Origin: Bugula neritina
Lineage: Eukaryota > Animalia > Bryozoa
Reading direction: 5' to 3'
DNA: 64,000 nt
Assembly (NCBI GenBank): GCA_964035545.1
Contig: OZ037772.1
Location: 1,426,001 to 1,490,000 of the forward strand
The translations under genes were made by a program, and so were the position numbers. Under the pieces are notes generated by a model that was given only the letters and a program-made list of their open reading frames with translations, ran no database searches and was not told the origin of the DNA. Positions 38,773 through 53,066 of this stretch are shown here, in pieces (position 1 is the first letter of the stretch; each line of letters starts with the position of its first letter).

Positions 38773-41599
38773 GTTTATTATGGAGCTCATACTTTTATTG
38801 TTCAAGGTCTAGATGTATTCTCGTCCACCATGTTTTTACTAGAAGTAAACTTTAATTCGGTAATAAGTTTAAAATAAATTGATTTTTCCTATTTTGCTGT
38901 TTATTGTTGCCTGAGTATTGTAATGAGAATATTAGCTTCACAATACCAGTGCAGCGATGTGATTGGTTTGACAATATCAATGCAGCGATGTGATTGGCTT
39001 GACAGTATCAGAGTAGTGATGTGATTGGCTACTCTGTTCTGTTCTGCAGGGCCATGCCTACTTGTATTATGTGTTAATCTTGTTTTGCAGTGAACAGAAA
39101 GGGATAATGGGTCCTAAAAGACACCCAGGATCTTACAGAACTGATGGAGAGGAAGGGTTCACCCGATGTTGATGGCCTGCCTGCTATATCCGGCAATCCT
39201 GGAGATGCAGGAGAAAGGAGACCACCTGGTTTCTCAGGAGATACCGGACTTTTTGGAGAACCAGGTGATGTTTATGCTCAATTGAGTTTAATCTGTCAAG
39301 TTATGTTGGGATCTTTTTCGTTTTCATTATTTTATGTTTGTTATGTGGAAAAGGGGAAAACTCTATCTCGAAGCATTTTTGTTTTTTCAGAGAGCTTTGG
39401 ATTATTTGATTATGGTCTACACAGGGGTGTAGACAAACTAAACTAGACAGGGGTGTAGACAGACTAAACTTACTACGAACTTATAACTACCCTGCGTCAT
39501 GCTGTCATGAGGTCTCTATTCTCTCCTATAATTTGACCTTTATTTAGCGAGCAGATTTCAAGTGGGCTATTCTATAGTGACCAGTCACACTGTTTATTAT
39601 AGCAACAGAGAAATCAAGTTGAAAACTAGTTGCACCTGTTGTGATGCTATCACTGGGTGCTTACCGGTAGAGACGGAGTACCTGGACCTGTTGAGATAGG
39701 ATATCAGGGTAAACAAGGAGATCAAGGTCCTGCAGCTAAGAATTCGGAGTTAATCACTATTGTTTGTGTATTTCTATTCTTTTTAGGTATTCTATAATAT
39801 GCTGGGGTTGTCAGATTGATCTAGTGGAGTTACCTCCTCTTAAGTGAAAGATACTTTAATATTATAATTTGCTCATCAATCTGACTGATTAAAGCTACTG
39901 CTGTCAAAAAACAAGATTGTTGCAGTCTAAAAATTAACGCCAGCTATAAACTATACGCAGCAAATCTTTTAGCTTGGAGTAAATTGACCAATCTTTGATA
40001 ATCAATTTTAATTTTTTAGCTTTTATAGTATGGATGTTGATGAGTGTTGCTATAGTAACATGTTGGTTTCCTGTATGGATTGTAGTTTGAGTATCAGGCA
40101 AAGTTTTCCCGATTCAACTTCCTTCGAATTCACTCTGAGAGAGCAAAGCAAACCCTGACTCACAGGTAATAGTCACTGCTAGCAGCTTATCAAATAGTCA
40201 CTAGTTGCTAGTCACCAGATATTAGTCCTCTACTATGTTGCTAGTCACTTGATAATCTGAACAATCACTGGCTTCTTCTTAAGCTGAGTGAGTTGTTGGT
40301 ATGACTGTTCTTTTTGCTGATTGTAGATGTATAAACTCAGTGGCAGTACAAGATGCATGCGAAAGGAAGAATAAGTCAGTCATTTTATATACAGCTGGTG
40401 ATAAAGAATACACAGCGACAGATAGCAGGTCCCAATATTCCGTGCTGCAGGATTTTTACAAGGTATCTAAATCTGACCTATATACTGTAAATCTGACCTA
40501 TATAGTGTAAATCTGACCTATAAAGTGTAAATCTGACCTATATAGTGTAAACCTGACCTATATAGCATAAATTCGACCTGCACTTGAACATGATTGCGAT
40601 AGTTGCATTTTTTTTATATTGATATACAATATAGCTTGCCTTTGAGGCTTTTTAACAACTACTCATGAGTTCAACCCAAAAGCCACTTTGATTTCTGTGC
40701 AAGTTTAGAGTTTTGAGTTTGCCGTCTGCCATTTTGTAGTATTCCAAATACCATCAGAAGCTCTGACAGTGATTGAGATTGACACCAAGACCCCCACCCA
40801 CTTGCATATTAATGACATTGCTCCTGGTGACATCAGGACCACCCACAAAGAGTTTGGGGTTCAGCTTGGAGAAGTCTGCTTTTCATAGACTCATATCTAA
40901 CAACAGTTTTATTTGTCTGATTTGTAAGACTGTTCCTGATTAGATAATTAGTGGCCAATCAGAGAATGCAATCAATGTTTGGTTGGCTGAGACCAGCAGT
41001 CTGATTTTTATATAACCTAATTTTAAATGAAAGATTTGATTACTCTAAATAAATTTATCTGAGACTTCCAAGGCAGTGATGGTGATTTTTGTACATATAA
41101 ATTTGAAGGAGTTTAGCTATAGAGTTTATGCTGTTTTTTTAATTATTCCACCATAACCTGAGATTGTGAGTAGTAATTCTAGAATGAGATAGGGAGGGTG
41201 TTATGCCCCTCCCTGTGATTTTATATATTTAGAAATTGTTGTTGATTTAGTAATTCTGTTGGTGCTACATTTTTGAATTAATTTAATCCAATCATTTCTT
41301 TAATATTGCAAAATATATTTTACCATACAGCACTACACAATTTATTTCTCAGCTTGTAAATTTCACCATCAAAATTATTATAGTACTAAAGTTGGTCACA
41401 GATTTCTGATAAGCTGCAGTTTTCAGATCTGATTATTTATCCTATTCATCCTGAAATGAGACATTGTTAGTTTAAAATGGAATTTTACATATATTTTAGT
41501 TACTTAGTTCCAACTGTGTTGACCATATGAACATTTTAAATTTTACTTTGGCTGCTATGAAGTATATAAGCAAATGGCATTAAGTTATTAATATATAAT

Positions 41600-41935
41600 A
41601 AGGTTTGCAAAGACTTAATATACCAAGCAACTGTGACAAGACATGCCAATAACTCCAGCCAATCATACATAGGACTTTGTTCAACTACCTTCAAAGCCAG
41701 ACTCAGCAACCATAAAGCCTCTTTCCTACATGCAGATAAAGCCAACAACACACAACTCAGCAGACACATCCGGGATTTAGAACAAAAACAACACGAAATT
41801 CAGCCTAAAATGGATCATTTTAAAAATTTGTAAATCATACTCAAAACCTAATCAACAGATGTAACTTATGTAGCTATGACAAATATGTAATTTTGAAACA
41901 ACCGGAGTTATCCACTCTCAACAAACGCAACGAGC
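41600..41935 (+). mobile_element. Decayed Penelope-like GIY-YIG fragment of a second family
   Basis: LIYQATVTRH..SYIGLCSTTFKARLSNHKASF, then a frameshifted RCNLC..TLNKRNE. Confidence 0.8.
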
Positions 41936-42137
41936 GAAGTGTGAGAATTCCATGCTAGTGACCTGCCACACACAGTGCGTGTGTTGCGAGTGCAAAATAT
42001 TATTAGCAAATGATGTTAGCGTTAAACTTTACTGCTCGCCTACAGACGTTTGTTTTTAAACAGCGTCACCGGGCAAAGTAATTTGGATATTATAAAAGCG
42101 GAAATGTAAAATATATAAAACTGTTTTAATTCAGCTC

Positions 42138-42620
42138 AGTATATTATGTCATACAGCATATTATGTTATACAGTATATTATGTTATACAGTATATTATGT
42201 TATAGAGTATATACTATGTTATACAGTATACTCTGTTATACAGCATATTATGTTATACAGTATATTATGTTATACAGTATATTATGTTATACAATATATT
42301 GTGTTATAATACAGTGTATAATGTTATACAGTATATTACGCTATACAGCATATTATGTTATACAGTATACTATGTTATACAGTATATTATGTTATACAGT
42401 ATATACTATGTTATACAGTATACTCTGTTATACAGTATAATTATTATGTTATACAGTATACTCTGTTATACAGTATACTATGTTATACAGTATATACTAT
42501 GTTATACAGTATACTATGTTATACAGTATATTATGCTATACAGTATACTATGTTATACAGTATACTATGTTATACAGTATATTATGTTATACAGTATATT
42601 ATGTTATACAGTATACTGTA
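42138..42620. repeat. Minisatellite of about 17-19 bp (TATACAGTATATTATGT)
   Basis: Direct reading; it generates the spurious Tyr-rich ORFs. Confidence 0.95.
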
Positions 42621-43504
42621 TACTGTCATTGAGCTGGTTTACAGTGAAGGATGATTTGCTAAATTTTGTGTTTTTATATAAGATAGGATTCCTTCAATTA
42701 ATATGCTAATGGTTAGGAATCAGCAAATAAACTGCCTTGACCTGCAAAGTGACCTACAATGTGCAGCTTGTCAAAACCCAAGTCAAACTTAAGCAAGCTG
42801 CAGCACAAATTCACCAGCTTCAGCCATAATATTAATAATTGAACTGCTTTGTGCTTTTTACATGCATAATATAATAATCATAATCTTATTATTATAATCA
42901 AATATACTAGAACAAATATAGACTTCTATTGTATATTATGCCTATCATTCATAAATTGCACTTTTAGAAAAAGGGGAACTTAATAGTAAACAGTTATGGA
43001 AGGGGAGATGATATGGCATGAAAAAGGTTTGGAACCACTGAGCTAAACGAACCACCATACCTCTACCATAGCATCACATCCCTCTGCCATCTTGATTGCA
43101 GCCTGCCAATTAAGAAAATTCAGGATTAACCAGAGATTCAGTGATGTCGCTGAATATGCTAGTACTAAACAGCTCAACTTAAACAAAATAAATATATTTT
43201 ACATAATGAAAGTACAAACAAAAAGATGCAAGTGCTAGCTGACACTCAAGACTACTGATAAGAGACAAATTTCTTGTAGATATTTTGCTACTATAGAGGA
43301 CATTGACGTTATCGGTATATTTGTAATTTGAAAATATACATTCTAAATTAGCTCAATTGAAAAATATGTACACTTCCTGCCCTGGATAATTTTTTAGATT
43401 TCAACCTAAGAGTTGTCTATCTTCGACACAATATAGCGATCGGCTCACTGAATGCAACATTTCTTTCACGTGATTATTATAGAGCTTTGTATCGACCTTT
43501 GTAG

Positions 43505-43654
43505 TCGAGTGACGTGTAATAATCCTTCTGCGCGCAGAACTTCCTCGTTATTTTGGTTTTATTGTGCCTCATCTAAGTTACTACTTACTAGTAATAAATA
43601 CTAGTTACCAAGTTTCTTACCAGTTTACAGACTGACACTATTGACTCTCGTGAG
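43505..43654 (+). promoter_or_regulatory. Candidate TRIM promoter and non-coding first exon (exon duplicated at about 44236-44308)
   Basis: CpG-containing patch with GTGACGTG, palindrome TTCTGCGCGCAGAA and ACTTCC, followed by a GAG|GTGAG donor, upstream of the ATG exon acceptor at about 46059. Confidence 0.45.
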
Positions 43655-46082
43655 GTGAGAACAGTTTGAGTTATCTCATCATTTCTCAAATTAATCAGGT
43701 ACCCGTACTTTAATACTTGCAGTTAGATTTACTATTTTACTTTTAGTTTTAGTATTTACTATTTAAGTATTTTAGTATTTAGTATTTTACTATTTTAATT
43801 CTAGATTTACTTTTACTTTTAGTTTTAGTTTTACTTTTAGCCTTTAGGCTTTAGGTTTAAGTCTAGGCTTATAACTTATATAATATCAATATAGGATTAA
43901 GCTTAAGACTACGTTATATTTAAATTATAAGTTATATAAATTAAAATTCTTACAGTTAATGTTATAATGTTAATTAAATATAATTGTTTCTCTTTCAGTC
44001 TTTGATTTGAAATTTACAATAGACATAGTAATACCATAGCTCATAGGCATATGATCTATAATTAATTAATTATAATGATTTATCGAGTAATATAAATATG
44101 AATATCGTATTAATAATACTAAATTTATTATTATTATAAAAAATTTAATCGACTTCAAGTTTAGGTTCAAGTTTTAATACTAAAAAAATTGATCTACTAG
44201 TAGTAGTACTAGTACTACTACTACTACTATTCATATTGTGCCTCATCTCAGTTACTAGTTACCAAGTGTCCGACCAGTTTACTGACTAACACTATTGACT
44301 CTCGTGAGGTGAGAGCATTTTGAGTCATCTCATCATTTCTCAAATTAATCAGGTACTTTACTACTTACAGTTTCCGTTAGATTTACTAATTACTTTGTCT
44401 TTTAGACTAAGAGTACTACAATATGACTATGAGTATGACTATGAGTATAGACTATAGTGTATACTATTACTATTAGTATTAGTATTAGTATTAGTATTAC
44501 TATTATAATTTGTATTGTTGTATGAGTAATTAGTATTATCTTCTTTCACTCATTGCACTACATTTACTATAAGTATAAGTATAATTATAACTATAAACTT
44601 AAAGTGTAAGTTACTATATTAATATTACTGCACTACTATAACTGTCAGTATTACTTTTAGCGTTACAGTTGGTCTTACTGCCAGTGCCAGGTCTGCTACC
44701 AACATCATTAAATTTATTTATAATGATAATATTGCCATTGGTGATTATCACACAATATTATTGATTATCGACATAGCTCGACTTTGTTAAGTCAATATTT
44801 AACAAGTTGGTTTTATAATACTAATACCAATAGGTTTATTATAACCAGTGAGTCGCTTATTTTTACTTTGTGAATTTATGATTGTAGCATTTTCATACTT
44901 ATAATATTTATTGCAAATTTTTGAATTAATGTTACACTTACTCAATTTGAATATCAGAATATCTTACCACTGGCACTAGTCAGTTATTAATTAATGACAG
45001 TGCATAGTGATCACTGCATGTGATACATTGTCATACCCTGCACATCCCAATGCACTGCCCTTCTGGATTCATTGTGAATAGCGTATTCGGTTGGCTTATA
45101 TTATTTTACTCAGCTTTGATTATACAACTAACACGTACTGCACTGCTCTAATTTATGTAACAATGCTTGCTAGTTGCTGCTATCTTTACCTCTATATTTC
45201 TGTCATTCAAAAACTAACATAATTACATAATAGGTACATAATTGGAATTTGACTATTCTATAAATTACTGAGAATATATGGTTAGCCACATTTATATGAT
45301 GTACTCTTGTTGTAGACATAAAATATGAGGTTAGTGTTAATAAATCATTTGCTAGGTAAGAGTGTAGAATAAATAATTGACTAGAGATGAGTGTAGAAGC
45401 TGCCAACTCATGAAACAACTACACCTGATCTAACAGAAGCACAAACATGTTAAATTAGTTTGTTTCACACCACCATAGTTTCTATTAGATGATTAGAATA
45501 GCAAACTAGCCGTTGATGGCATGTTTCCTGGCTGGTCGAAGGATTAGCCAATGCATCACCAATATTCCAGAGATGTTAAAATAAGTTTTTTAATTTAGAT
45601 TATTAAGATAACAAATAATTTTTAACACCCAGCACAAAATATTTTATGAGACTATGTTTTCTCCCACTGCTATGTTTCCCCCTGTTTTGTGTCTTAGCGT
45701 GAGCCCACTCTACATATTAGAAACACTTGATTAGTGATGTTCAATAGAAGTAGAATAATAGTGTTCACTGAAGCACACAACATTGCTTCATATTTACTGT
45801 ATGTGGAGTTTGAGTCACCAGCAATAAACTATTCAGTGATTACAAAGGAAACAATACAGCCTTTGTTAGAGAGTTAAAGCTGTGAGCTCAGCATGTTGTA
45901 GCTGGCTATCATGTATACCAGTGTTATTAACTGCCTTTGTTTAACATTATTTTTCACTTTATTTTGTATGGTTTGTTGTTAATGGTTAAGTCTTTGATTT
46001 GGAAACCTTCACAGATGTGGTGTGAAATATTATGCTAAGAGTATGTGCATCTTTTACAGGATTTCCTTATTATATAACCAAG

Positions 46083-49000
46083 ATGGCAGAATCCAGAGTC
46101 GTGAAAAAGAGACTCAACAATTCGTATCGCTGTGGGTACTGCTCGCAGTACTTCAACAAACTTGAAGATCCCAGAACTCTGCCCTGTCTGCATGTGTACT
46201 GCATGAGATGTTTGAAGACTGACATAGGTGGTAGGAAGGATCATATTAGATGTGCTTATTGTAGGTGAGTTACAGTACATAACACAATATATCATGTCAT
46301 AGGCTTGCGTATGATTTTCTCACTATCATCTAGGAGTTGTCTGATCTGTGTCTATGAAAAGCAAACAATACTGTATATTCTATGTGAACTCTGGTTACTA
46401 ACTTGTGGAGTGTGTGGATATCTTTTCATCAGGTAGAGAAAGTAACTGTTATGTAGATTGCACCATCAGCTGTCCTCTCTTGTTGATTTGTGGTGCCGTT
46501 GGATGTCATGGGAGTCAGGTTGTCTCCCCATTATATTATTTTGTTCTCGTACAGTACAATACTTGTTAGAGCAGTGGTTCCCAACCTTGTTCATACCATT
46601 CCCACTTTTATACATGTTTACTATTAAGTCCCCTCCATTTCGTCAATCGGAAATTTTTATGACTGTCATAATGATAATATAGATTACTATGCAATATTTT
46701 TCCTATTACATTTGAATATAATATAATTATTTCTGATAATTATATTATGCATGTGTAAAACACAGAGCAGTTCAATTATTAATATTATGGCTGCAGCTGA
46801 TGATATTGTACCAGCTTGCTTTCAAACCTTCCACCCCAACCCCTAAACCCCAACCCCAATATTGTAATTAAAAACACATTCATGTAGAAGTAGACTGAGA
46901 TGGCAGAACTGGTTAAATAGATAAGCTAAGATGAATGCTTATAGATATACATGTACATGTAACTTGCAAGAGCTCAAAAGTCTTCAACAAACTGCTTGAA
47001 ATTTTCAAAATCGAAATCCAGGCTCCCCCTAAAATGCCCAAATTCCCTCTTATAGGGGGATTCTCCCAGGTTGGGAACCACTGTGTTGAATTGACTTGTG
47101 TTTACTATCTTCTTTCCTGTGATTAGAAACATGTATGATGTTGTCATGACAACAGAGTTGCTGTGGCACAAAGTACAGTTTACTAGTATGTAGTGATTGT
47201 GTAGTGAGAGTGGAGTGTCTGGTTATTGTCCCTGGTTATGTGTGATCTGTAAGGAGTAGAATTATATTATTTTAATATAATGTTGAGAGAGGTACTTTTA
47301 TAATGGCAGTTTGCTCAATAGCTTTAGTTCTATTGCGATAGACTCATAGCTCTGGAGTCTAGCAGCTGTTACTATTACCACTAGCTGTTCAAAATTCTGC
47401 CAACATCCGGGCTGCCAAAGCATAATAGCCATTGACAAGGCCAAGCAGTCACTAGGAAATTATTTGACTAAAGAGCAGGTCTTATGACAATTAGTAGTCA
47501 GTCCCTTAGACAGGAATCAGTGATTCTGTGACCTATTTAGTTAAATCCAATGCTGACCTTTTGATTGATTATTAGATAGCCATCACAATTTTATTTGGTA
47601 CAATATAATGTTATGGGGTGTCAATCAGTGTCTAATATAGTCTGTGAATTGAGTGTCTCCTTTAGCTTTGATGAGTTGATTACTTCTTCTACCATCAGTC
47701 AGTTGTATTGAGTGTTACTTTGTATTGAGTCATGAATAGTGTTGAAGATTTGGGCCTATATTATGCCAACCCCCCCCCTCTGACTTAGACTGAGACCCAA
47801 CCTGCTGCACATACATAGTAGTACTACACTGAAGATAGTTAACATGTGTATATATCATATACATATATATATATATATAACATAATTATATATATACATG
47901 CATATATCATCCTACTAGTAATGGATTACTAAGTACAAGTTATCCTATGACTCACTCTTCTTATGCTAGCTGCACGAGATAGACAACACTCACACGTGAC
48001 ACGAACTCACAGTGCACTAGCTCTTGACACATTGCCAAGGATGATGAAATGACAGTTTCGCGCCACTCCTAGCAGTTAGAGTGGCAGGGAATAGTTGTAG
48101 TATGTTGTAGTATTGGATCCTCAGAATTCACTCCTCAGTAATTAGTTGCATTGCACAAACTTGCAACAATAGTGAATAATTATTGACAATATGGCCTCCA
48201 CTTAGTAGTAAACTAGTAATTTATCTATCATTTTACAATACAAGTTACAGTTGAGTCTATTTGTTGAGTAGCAGTTCTTTGTCATGAGTGACTATTTTCC
48301 AGCATATTAGTACATAATATAGTCAAGTGTGTTTTTGTGATAGCCTGTGGTCTATATAATGAATGTGTGTTGATGAGTGATGAGTATTTATTTGAGTATT
48401 TGTCAAGGACACAGCTGTGTGTGTGGATGGAGTATTTCATTACTTGAGATATACTAAACACAGCTAACACAGATAACATACTGATTGCTATATATTGTAG
48501 GAAAGATCACTATGACATCACAGATCCCACAACACTACCAGTAGCTCAGCATGGAGACCCCTTAGAATACAAGTCTCCACCCAAACCTGCACCCATTCCC
48601 TGCGATGTGTGTAAAGGTGGAACACAAGCTGCTGTGTTTTGTCTTGAGAGTCAAAAAAAGTTGTGTCAGCAGCATCAAGAAGTGAGTCTTTCTTATATAA
48701 TTTCTCAAGATTAGTTACTAAACCAGTTCTGGTTTGTATGTAGAATATTATTGAAAAGAAATGTTGAGTCTGTGTGACTTTTTATACTAAACACACAGTT
48801 TCACAGTGCAGTGAGTCAACTATGACAGACTTGTTGGTGAAAATACAACCAACTAAACTGTTGACCTTTATTATACAGAATCACAGGGAGCTGATGGGAG
48901 ATAGACATCAGTTTATTGACATTGAGGTCTACAGAGCTTCTCCCCAAAGATATACTATCACTGAATGTGAACATCATAAAGAGGAACAGCTGACAGAAGT

Positions 49001-52000
49001 GTGTTCCAAGTGTCACCAGATATTCTGTATGAGATGTGATATGAGGACTGGCTGTAAGGATAAGACAGGTATTTACTTGCTGTTTCTATTTCTGTAGAAA
49101 GAAACTGGGAAATATTACAAGAACCTGTTTATTATTTTATTATTAAAGTGAGTTATGCAACAGTAAAAGAGGAAGTCAGTTTGTCAGCATTAGGGTTTGT
49201 GTGAGACAGAAGTGGATAGTGCAGGAGTTGATATTCTCACTGTTATGTTGAATATTTAGTATATTTCATCCTTCAAGTGTCTGTTTCCTTGATAAGATGG
49301 TATAGGCATAGCTTTAACTCAGTGGTGTCTCACCTTCTTCATACCATCCTCCTTTTTATGATTATTTTCTATTAAGTTTTCCGCCTTTTTGATAAAATTG
49401 TAATTTCATTTATAAAGAAAATCTGGGACAGGTTGTTTTCCTAATAATTCATTGAATGTAGAAAAAAGCAGCTAGAGTAGAGTGAATATTAGACACATGG
49501 ATGTAGAAGTAAACTTAGATTGTAGAGTGTAATGTGGATAAATAAATGAACTACATAAAATGAAGGAGTTATAATTATACATATTCATGTAACCTGGAAC
49601 ACAAGGCAAGAGCTCAAAAAGCTGGTAACAAACTCTGTGAAATTTTAGAAATGAAAACCCCTAAAAAACTCAAATTTCCTGTGAAGGGGAAATTCCCCAA
49701 GGTTGAGAGCCACTGCTTTAATTTTTTCAACTATTTCATTCCAAGTGCAGTGATTAATGAGCTAACCTCTGACATCTTTCTAGTCCAAGTTCAACTGTCT
49801 ATAGTTATTACATAGTATGTGTGTAGTGATACATCATCAACCTGTAGGTACAAGTAGCAGGTGTAGAATAAGTACAATATCACATCTATAATAATGTTTT
49901 TATAAATAGTGTGATTTTATGTATACAGAGGAGACAGTAGCATCCCATGACTTGGCATCTTTGAGTGATTTGTCTTGTGAGTTACGAGAAAGTCTGACTG
50001 GTGGAATAGAGACTCTGTCTGAGAAAGTTGCAAAGTTGAATGACATCTCAAAGGATGCCTGGAAAGAACTGAGTAAAATAGAAGATGAAGTGAAGAAGAT
50101 GGTTGCCAGAGTAAACGCTGTAGCTGACGCTCAGGTATGCTGACATGGTGATGCCATGTAATATTATTTCTGTTTGTCTGAAATTGGAATTTGCATTTGG
50201 TCTTTGAGTTGTAATCAGAAATGAATTTCATTTGCCACTAGAATTAACTGGCCATTAAAGTATTATCATTCTGTGTACAAGTAGCAGTAGTCATTCATCA
50301 CATGTTACTCAGTGCAGAGGAACCTGTCAATACAGATGACTCACTCATCCTTCTGCAACTGTCAATCACTCACACAGAGAGGTTGGCTGTCTGAGTGATT
50401 GACAGGTGTCAGGAGGAGGAGACTAGTCACGTGATGTACTAGCTCTCTGCTGTGTATAGAGTGTCACGTGACTGAGTCATTGTCCACTCAGTGGGTGATC
50501 TGTCACTTTCATTTCCAGTGTAGAGGTTGTGAGGTACAGATGTGGTTACACTGTGTTACTATTTATTAGATAGAAAAGATTAGAAAGAGAGCTACAAACC
50601 TGAGGCTAGAAATATATGGATATTTGAAGAGCTGCACACAGATAGTGGATAATTATAGAATAGAGCTGGCCTTGAGTAAGACAATGGGCAGACAGTCTCT
50701 GCTGGACACAGTACAACATGCAGTTGATAAGTTCAATGATGCAGGGATTGTGAGAGACTACAAAGAGCTGAGTGAGAAGGTGGAAAAGGCGTCAGATATT
50801 GGTGTAATAGAGAAGTGTGTACTTCCAGACAGCATCTTGTTACCAACATGTAGGTGGAGTCTATAAATAGTAACACTAACTATAAATAACTTTCTGCTTG
50901 TAATCATGTGAGTTGTTTTCACTGAATATTTGAATAGTAGAATAAGTAGATAGAGTTTATTTATTAGAGAATTGAGTTTTGTTCTACTCTCACATTATGA
51001 GACATTTCTGCAGTGTTTCAGAGTTTATGGTGTATAAGTGAGCTGCTAAACTGTGTTATGCTGACTACCTGCTGTCAGTATTAACAAGATATTCTCACTT
51101 AGACCTGTGCATCACGTAGCAACTTGTAGTAACTACAGACTGCTTGTATTTAAAACATTTTTTTATTTCAAGTTTGAAAAGCTGTTCCCTACTTCTTCAG
51201 GTGATGAGATTCTCAAGTTATAGAATTGTTATTTTGTTGTTCCAGTCAGTGAAGACAGTCTGGGACTGAAGCTGCTGCAGCCACCATCTTCTCTCCAGTC
51301 TGATGGACTTCCTGTACGTGACTTGTGTGACTCAGTAAACATCTCAGCTGATGGACATCTGATGTGTCGGACACTAGAAGGTGTAGAAGTAATAAATAGA
51401 GACACTCTGGATACTATCAGCTCAGTGAAACACACCAACACTACAGGGTGGGGGGAGATAATCCAACCTGAAGGGGTGATGGTTGGCATCTCGTATAACA
51501 TAGAGGAGGAAACAGCTGAAGCCTCACTTCTTGATCCGAACTCCTTTGAGAAGACTCGCTCCCTCTACAAGCAGCCATTAGGTGTACCTGCTTACTATAG
51601 AATAGCTCAGCACGACTCACTGCTCTGTATTGTAGACATGATAGAGAAACAGCTGGTAGTCTGTAATCTAGTTGACAATAAAATACAGAAGTTCCCACTT
51701 CCTGAGATGGAGAACCCTCTACCTGTATGCATCCTCCCAGACTCAACTCTCCTCATTGGAGACCGTGCTCCAGATGGTAAAGTGAGAAGATATAAAGTGG
51801 AGAACACAACTCTCACTCTAATGTGGGAGTTACCTCACATCTCAGTACCAACTGGTATTTCCTTTGATCCAACATCTGAACTGATTCACATCTGTACACT
51901 GGAAGGACCTCTCCTCATCCTCTCACTTGAAGGTAAATACTCTGTTTATTATAGTAAGTTTAGTTATTTTATATATAATTATGTTGTAGTAAATAATATA

Positions 52001-53066
52001 TTTTAATAATTAACAGTAAACAACTTCCACTCATAAGATATATTATGATATTGTTAGTATTTATCAAGTCACTGATATTATTTTTAGCTAAAAGTTATGT
52101 AATAAAGACTGTAACATGCTGATAGTAGATGTTATATTCTTCATCACATGACTTGTAGCTAATAATAATATTATTGAATAATACTGCCTCCCTACAATAA
52201 GTTTATTTCCAGCTGCAGTAACATGCAGGATGTAAGCACAGGTAAAAGTGTATATTATATTGTATAGGTTTAAGGTGTACTCTGTGTAGTGTGCAGTGAG
52301 CTCTTAGTAAACTCTCTATTCAGTCTTCCTTTCTAAGGGTTCACCTGGTAGTGTAGAGGATAGGGACTCCACACTGCTGAGTGAGTTGGTGCTGCAAGGG
52401 GTTTAAAACCACCTATCAGCATGTCTAGTTAGTATACTATGCAAGTGTTTTACAGTAATTTTAGAGGTGCTCAGTCTAACAACTGTACAGACTGCCAGCT
52501 ACACATGAGTTATGAGTTGTAGTTTGACTTCAGTCTAGTGCTGCTATTGTTTTGGTCATCAGATAATTTAAATGTTAATAATTTGATACTTTTTGACTGC
52601 CATTACTGAGACTATGTAATTTGATGATGGCTGGTAGAGCAGTGTTTGCTGGTGGGACTCAGGTGGCTGTGGTTGGTTCTTGTCAAGTATTTAATATGTG
52701 ATAATGTTGGAGTAGCTGCAGTATTATTAGAAGTAGACACGTGGGTGTGTTCTTGCTCAGAGCCACAGGCTAAGTTTATGGGTCAAGGTCAATATTGTTG
52801 TATAACGAGACACTGTTTTCTATTTGAGTATTTACTTCATGCATGTAACCTGCTTAGTTGCATCTTTAAAGGCAGTCTGTCTGTTTCTCTCAATACACAC
52901 CAACTGATACAATATGATGCTATTATTTACAGGTCAACTGGTGCTTACTGTTCCCAGAGAAAGTCTTGGTGTTAGTGACTGGGTGTTTGACATTGCTGCG
53001 TATAACAGAGACACAGTGTTTTTAGCATGTGTAGATGGTCTGAGGAGATACACAATAAAATACTAA
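46083..53066 (+). CDS. TRIM E3 ligase (RING, B-box1, B-box2, coiled coil, NHL-like beta-propeller), 619 aa, apparently intact
   Basis: Exons 46083-46264, 48501-48681, 48879-49068, 49929-50134, 50570-50849, 51246-51932 and 52933-53066 have GT-AG introns and compatible phases, and sum to 1860 nt. RING CGYC..LPCLHVYCMRC..CAYC; AATAAA at about 53244. Confidence 0.9.
46572..47083. mobile_element. hAT (Charlie-like) MITE in a TRIM intron
   Basis: Perfect 16-bp TIR CAGTGGTTCCCAACCT; TSD degenerate. A related single end lies at about 43025-43040. Confidence 0.85.
49320..49715. mobile_element. Older copy of the same hAT MITE family
   Basis: Termini CAGTGGTGTCTCACCTT and AAGGTTGAGAGCCACTG; flanks CTTTAACT and CTTTAATT; internal similarity to 46572-47083. 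Confidence 0.8.

Larger units (their letters stand above)
36737..40888 (+). pseudogene. Fibrillar collagen pseudogene: Cys-rich exons, eroded Gly-X-Y exons, three COLFI exons
   Basis: Gly-X-Y exons at about 37975-38135, 39091-39264 and 39660-39740 have many Gly substitutions and frameshifts. COLFI exons lie at 40087-40165 (FEY..FNFLRIHSERAKQTLTH), 40327-40462 and 40740-40888 (EFGVQLGEVCFS*). Linking the Cys-rich exons to this gene is inferred. Confidence 0.85.

Noticed and set aside
42180-42709. Tyr/Ile-rich ORFs (also 23887-24187, 55917-56168, 36928-37449 and 56612-56923)
   Set aside because: Translations of simple or tandem repeats.
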